Shown piece by piece: positions 61,530-64,000 of a stretch of DNA of 64,000 bases. This stretch comes from Alphaproteobacteria bacterium. GTDB lineage: Bacteria; Pseudomonadota; Alphaproteobacteria; MPNO01. The stretch is taken from positions 3,392,001 through 3,456,000 of the forward strand of contig OZ219866.1 of NCBI GenBank assembly GCA_964291675.2, written 5' to 3'. The notes below the pieces were generated by a model. That model made no database searches. It was not told the DNA's origin and saw only the letters and a program-made list of their open reading frames with translations. A program made the translations under genes and the position numbers. Each line of letters opens with the position of its first letter. Within the stretch, counting starts at the first letter, position 1.

Positions 61530-62524
61530 CGGGCGATGCCATCCTGCGGGTGCGCGGCCTCTCGGTCGAGATCGCGCTGCCCTCGGGCACGCTGCATGCG
61601 GTCAGCAATGTGGACCTGGAGGCGGCGCGCGGCGAGACGCTGGCGATCGTGGGCGAATCGGGCTGCGGCAAGACGATGACCGCGCTCGCGGTGTTGCGCC
61701 TGCTGCCGCGCCGGGCCCGGCTCGCGGCGCGGCGGATCGAGCTCTTGGGAACCGATCTCCGCGCGCTCTCCGACAGGGCGTTCTCCGACATGCGCGGCAA
61801 CCGGATGAGCATGATCTTCCAGGACCCGATGACCGCGCTCAACCCGGTCTACCCGATCGGCGACCAGCTCGAGGAGATCCACATGCGCCACCGCGGGAGC
61901 GGCCGCCGCGAAGCCCGCGACCGCGCCGAGCACCTGCTCGACCGGGTGGGCATCGTCAATCCGGGCGCGCGGCTCGGCCAGTTCCCGCACCAGCTCTCGG
62001 GCGGGCTCCGGCAGCGCATCGTGATCGCGATGGCGCTGATGTGCGATCCCGACCTGATCGTCGCCGACGAGCCGACCACGGCGCTCGACGTCACCGTGCA
62101 GGCGCAGGTGCTTCGCCTGCTCAAGGACTTGCAGGCCGAGTTCAACATGGCGCTGATCCTGATCTCCCACGATCTCGGCGTCGTCGCGCGGATCGCCGAC
62201 CGGATCGCCGTCATGTATGCCGGGCGCGTGGTCGAGGCCGGGTCGAGCCGGCAGATCTTCGGCGCGCCGACCCACCCCTATACGCGCGGGCTGATCGACT
62301 GCATCCCCTGGCCGGGCAGGACGGAACGGCGGACCCGGCTGGGCTCGATCCCGGGCATCGTGCCCTCGATGATCGGCGAGGACCGCGGATGCGGGTTCCG
62401 CAACCGCTGCGCCTGGGCGGAGGAACGCTGCCGCACGGGCGGCAACGCCGAACGCCGGATCGAGGAGGGCCACAGCTACCGCTGCGTCCATCCCGTCGCG
62501 CATCTGCGCGGCCCGGCGCCGTGA
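61526..62524 (+). CDS. DppD/OppD-like ATP-binding protein
   Basis: GESGCGKT, FQDPMTALNP, LSGGLRQR, ADEPTTALDV, HPYT. Confidence 0.92.
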   Translation: MTGDAILRVRGLSVEIALPSGTLHAVSNVDLEAARGETLAIVGESGCGKTMTALAVLRLLPRRARLAARRIELLGTDLRALSDRAFSDMRGNRMSMIFQDPMTALNPVYPIGDQLEEIHMRHRGSGRREARDRAEHLLDRVGIVNPGARLGQFPHQLSGGLRQRIVIAMALMCDPDLIVADEPTTALDVTVQAQVLRLLKDLQAEFNMALILISHDLGVVARIADRIAVMYAGRVVEAGSSRQIFGAPTHPYTRGLIDCIPWPGRTERRTRLGSIPGIVPSMIGEDRGCGFRNRCAWAEERCRTGGNAERRIEEGHSYRCVHPVAHLRGPAP

Positions 62525-63492
62525 CCGTCCCGGTGCTCGAATGCGACCGCGTCACCCGGTTGTTCCGGGTCAGGCGGGGGCTGTTCGAGACCCCGGCCAC
62601 GCTGCGCGCGGTGGACGATGTCTCCTTCTCGGTGCGGGAGGGCGAGGTGCTCGCCATCGTCGGCGAATCGGGCTGCGGCAAGACCACGCTCGCGCGCATG
62701 CTGCTCGGGCTTCTCGCGCCGTCCGGCGGGTCGATCCGCTTCGCCGGACGGCCGATGCGGGAAGTCGGCCGCGCGCGGATCGCCGCCCGCGTCCAGCCCG
62801 TCTTCCAGGACCCCTATTCGTCGCTCAACCCGCGCAAGACGCTGGGGCAGATCGTCGGCCTGCCGCTCGCCGTCCACCGCATCGGCAGCGAGCCGGAGCG
62901 CCGGTCGCGGGTCGCCGAGATCATGGAGCTGGTCGGCCTGCCGGCGCATCTGGTGCACGCCTATCCGAACCAGCTCTCCGGCGGCCAGCGCCAGCGCGTC
63001 GCCATCGCCCGCGCGCTGGCGATCCAGCCCGCCATCGTCGTCTTCGACGAGCCCACCTCGGCGCTCGACGTGTCGGTGCAGGCGCAGATCCTGAACCTGC
63101 TGCTGGAGCTCAGGCGGAGCCTCAACCTGACCTACGTGTTCATCAGCCACGACCTCGCCGTGGTCGAGCACATCGCCGACCGGGTGGCGGTGATGTATCT
63201 CGGCCGGCTGGTGGAGCTGGGCGGGACGGCCTCGATCTTCGAGTCCCCCCGCCACCCCTATACCGAGACCCTGCTGCGCTCGATCCTGACGCCCGACCCG
63301 GCGCTCGGCCTGCCGCCCGGGCCGTTCGGCGGAGACTTCCCCGACCCGCTCGACCCGCCGCCCGGCTGCCGCTTCCACCCGCGCTGCCCGAGCGCGATGG
63401 AGACTTGCCGCGCGAAGCCGCCCGCGACGGTGACCGATCCCGCGGGCCGCGTAGAATGCCACCTGTATGACGGTGAGACCCATGACCGATGA
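62521..63492 (+). CDS. DppF/OppF-like ATP-binding protein
   Basis: GESGCGKTT, FQDPYSSLNPR, LSGGQRQR, PPPGCRFHPRC. Confidence 0.92.
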   Translation: MTVPVLECDRVTRLFRVRRGLFETPATLRAVDDVSFSVREGEVLAIVGESGCGKTTLARMLLGLLAPSGGSIRFAGRPMREVGRARIAARVQPVFQDPYSSLNPRKTLGQIVGLPLAVHRIGSEPERRSRVAEIMELVGLPAHLVHAYPNQLSGGQRQRVAIARALAIQPAIVVFDEPTSALDVSVQAQILNLLLELRRSLNLTYVFISHDLAVVEHIADRVAVMYLGRLVELGGTASIFESPRHPYTETLLRSILTPDPALGLPPGPFGGDFPDPLDPPPGCRFHPRCPSAMETCRAKPPATVTDPAGRVECHLYDGETHDR

Positions 63493-64000
63493 CGACCGCC
63501 GCCCGATCGCACGCCTGGCCGCGCTCGATGTCTGCGCGGTGTCCGATGCGCTCGACTCGCTCGGCCTGCCGCCGGCGGTGACCGGGATCGCGGCGCTGAC
63601 CACGACCGGGCGGATCGCCGGCAGGGCGGTCACGGTCAAGCTCACCGACCGCAAGCCGGAGGACGCGCCGCCGCGGCATCTGTGCAGCGGCGCGGTCGAT
63701 TCGGCCGGACCCGGTTGCGTCCTGGTGATCGAGCAGCGCACCGGCATCGACGCCGCGGGCTGGGGCGGCGTGCTGTCCCACGCGGCGCAGCAGGCGGGGA
63801 TCGAGGGGGTGATCGTGGACGGGCCTGCGCGGGACATCGACGAAGCCGCCGGGCTCGGCTTCGCCGTCTACGCCCGTTTCGCGACGGCGCGGACGGCGCG
63901 CGGGCGGATCCACGAAGAGGGTTTCAATATCGACATCGCCGTCGGAGAATTGACCGTGCGCCCGGGCGACCTGGTGATCGCCGACCGCAGCGGGGTCGCC
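63482..64000 (+). CDS. RraA/HMG-CHA aldolase (LigK-like) family protein, truncated by the window edge
   Basis: Manual translation MTDDDRRPIARLAALDVCAVSDALD...IAGRAVTV...AGWGGVLS...GVIVDGPARDIDE...VRPGDLVIADRSGV. Confidence 0.82.
   Translation, partial: MTDDDRRPIARLAALDVCAVSDALDSLGLPPAVTGIAALTTTGRIAGRAVTVKLTDRKPEDAPPRHLCSGAVDSAGPGCVLVIEQRTGIDAAGWGGVLSHAAQQAGIEGVIVDGPARDIDEAAGLGFAVYARFATARTARGRIHEEGFNIDIAVGELTVRPGDLVIADRSGVA

Overview
High-GC (roughly 70%, estimated by eye) alphaproteobacterial chromosome segment, inferred to be Rhodospirillales-like from the ispB-DUF2007-tRNA methyltransferase-S49 block, the porin, cytochrome c' and a GTTC-N7-GTTC LexA box. It is dominated by catabolic enzymes (valine/isobutyrate degradation, hydantoinase A/B, a ComD/E-like ThDP decarboxylase, TauD, SDRs, TenA, a deaminase, LigJ/LigK-like proteins) and six ABC transporter operons. 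Accessory elements: (1) an intact ~1.98 kb group II intron inserted in the right terminal inverted repeat of a 265-bp structured MITE-like element; its EBS1/EBS2 match the outermost 14 bp of that repeat and an empty target remains in the left repeat; (2) a lower-GC DNA methyltransferase + PD-(D/E)xK nuclease pair whose sigma70-like promoter is overlapped by a perfect LexA box; (3) a ~13.5 kb island next to tRNA-Pro(CGG), bounded by an IS110 remnant and a degenerate duplicate of a permease 3' end in which 11 of 12 substitutions are AT->GC transitions; (4) a ParDE-type toxin-antitoxin pair; (5) two families of palindromic REP-like repeats, one of which supplies the C-terminus of the hydantoinase B gene. 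All calls come from manual motif reading; no database searches were run.
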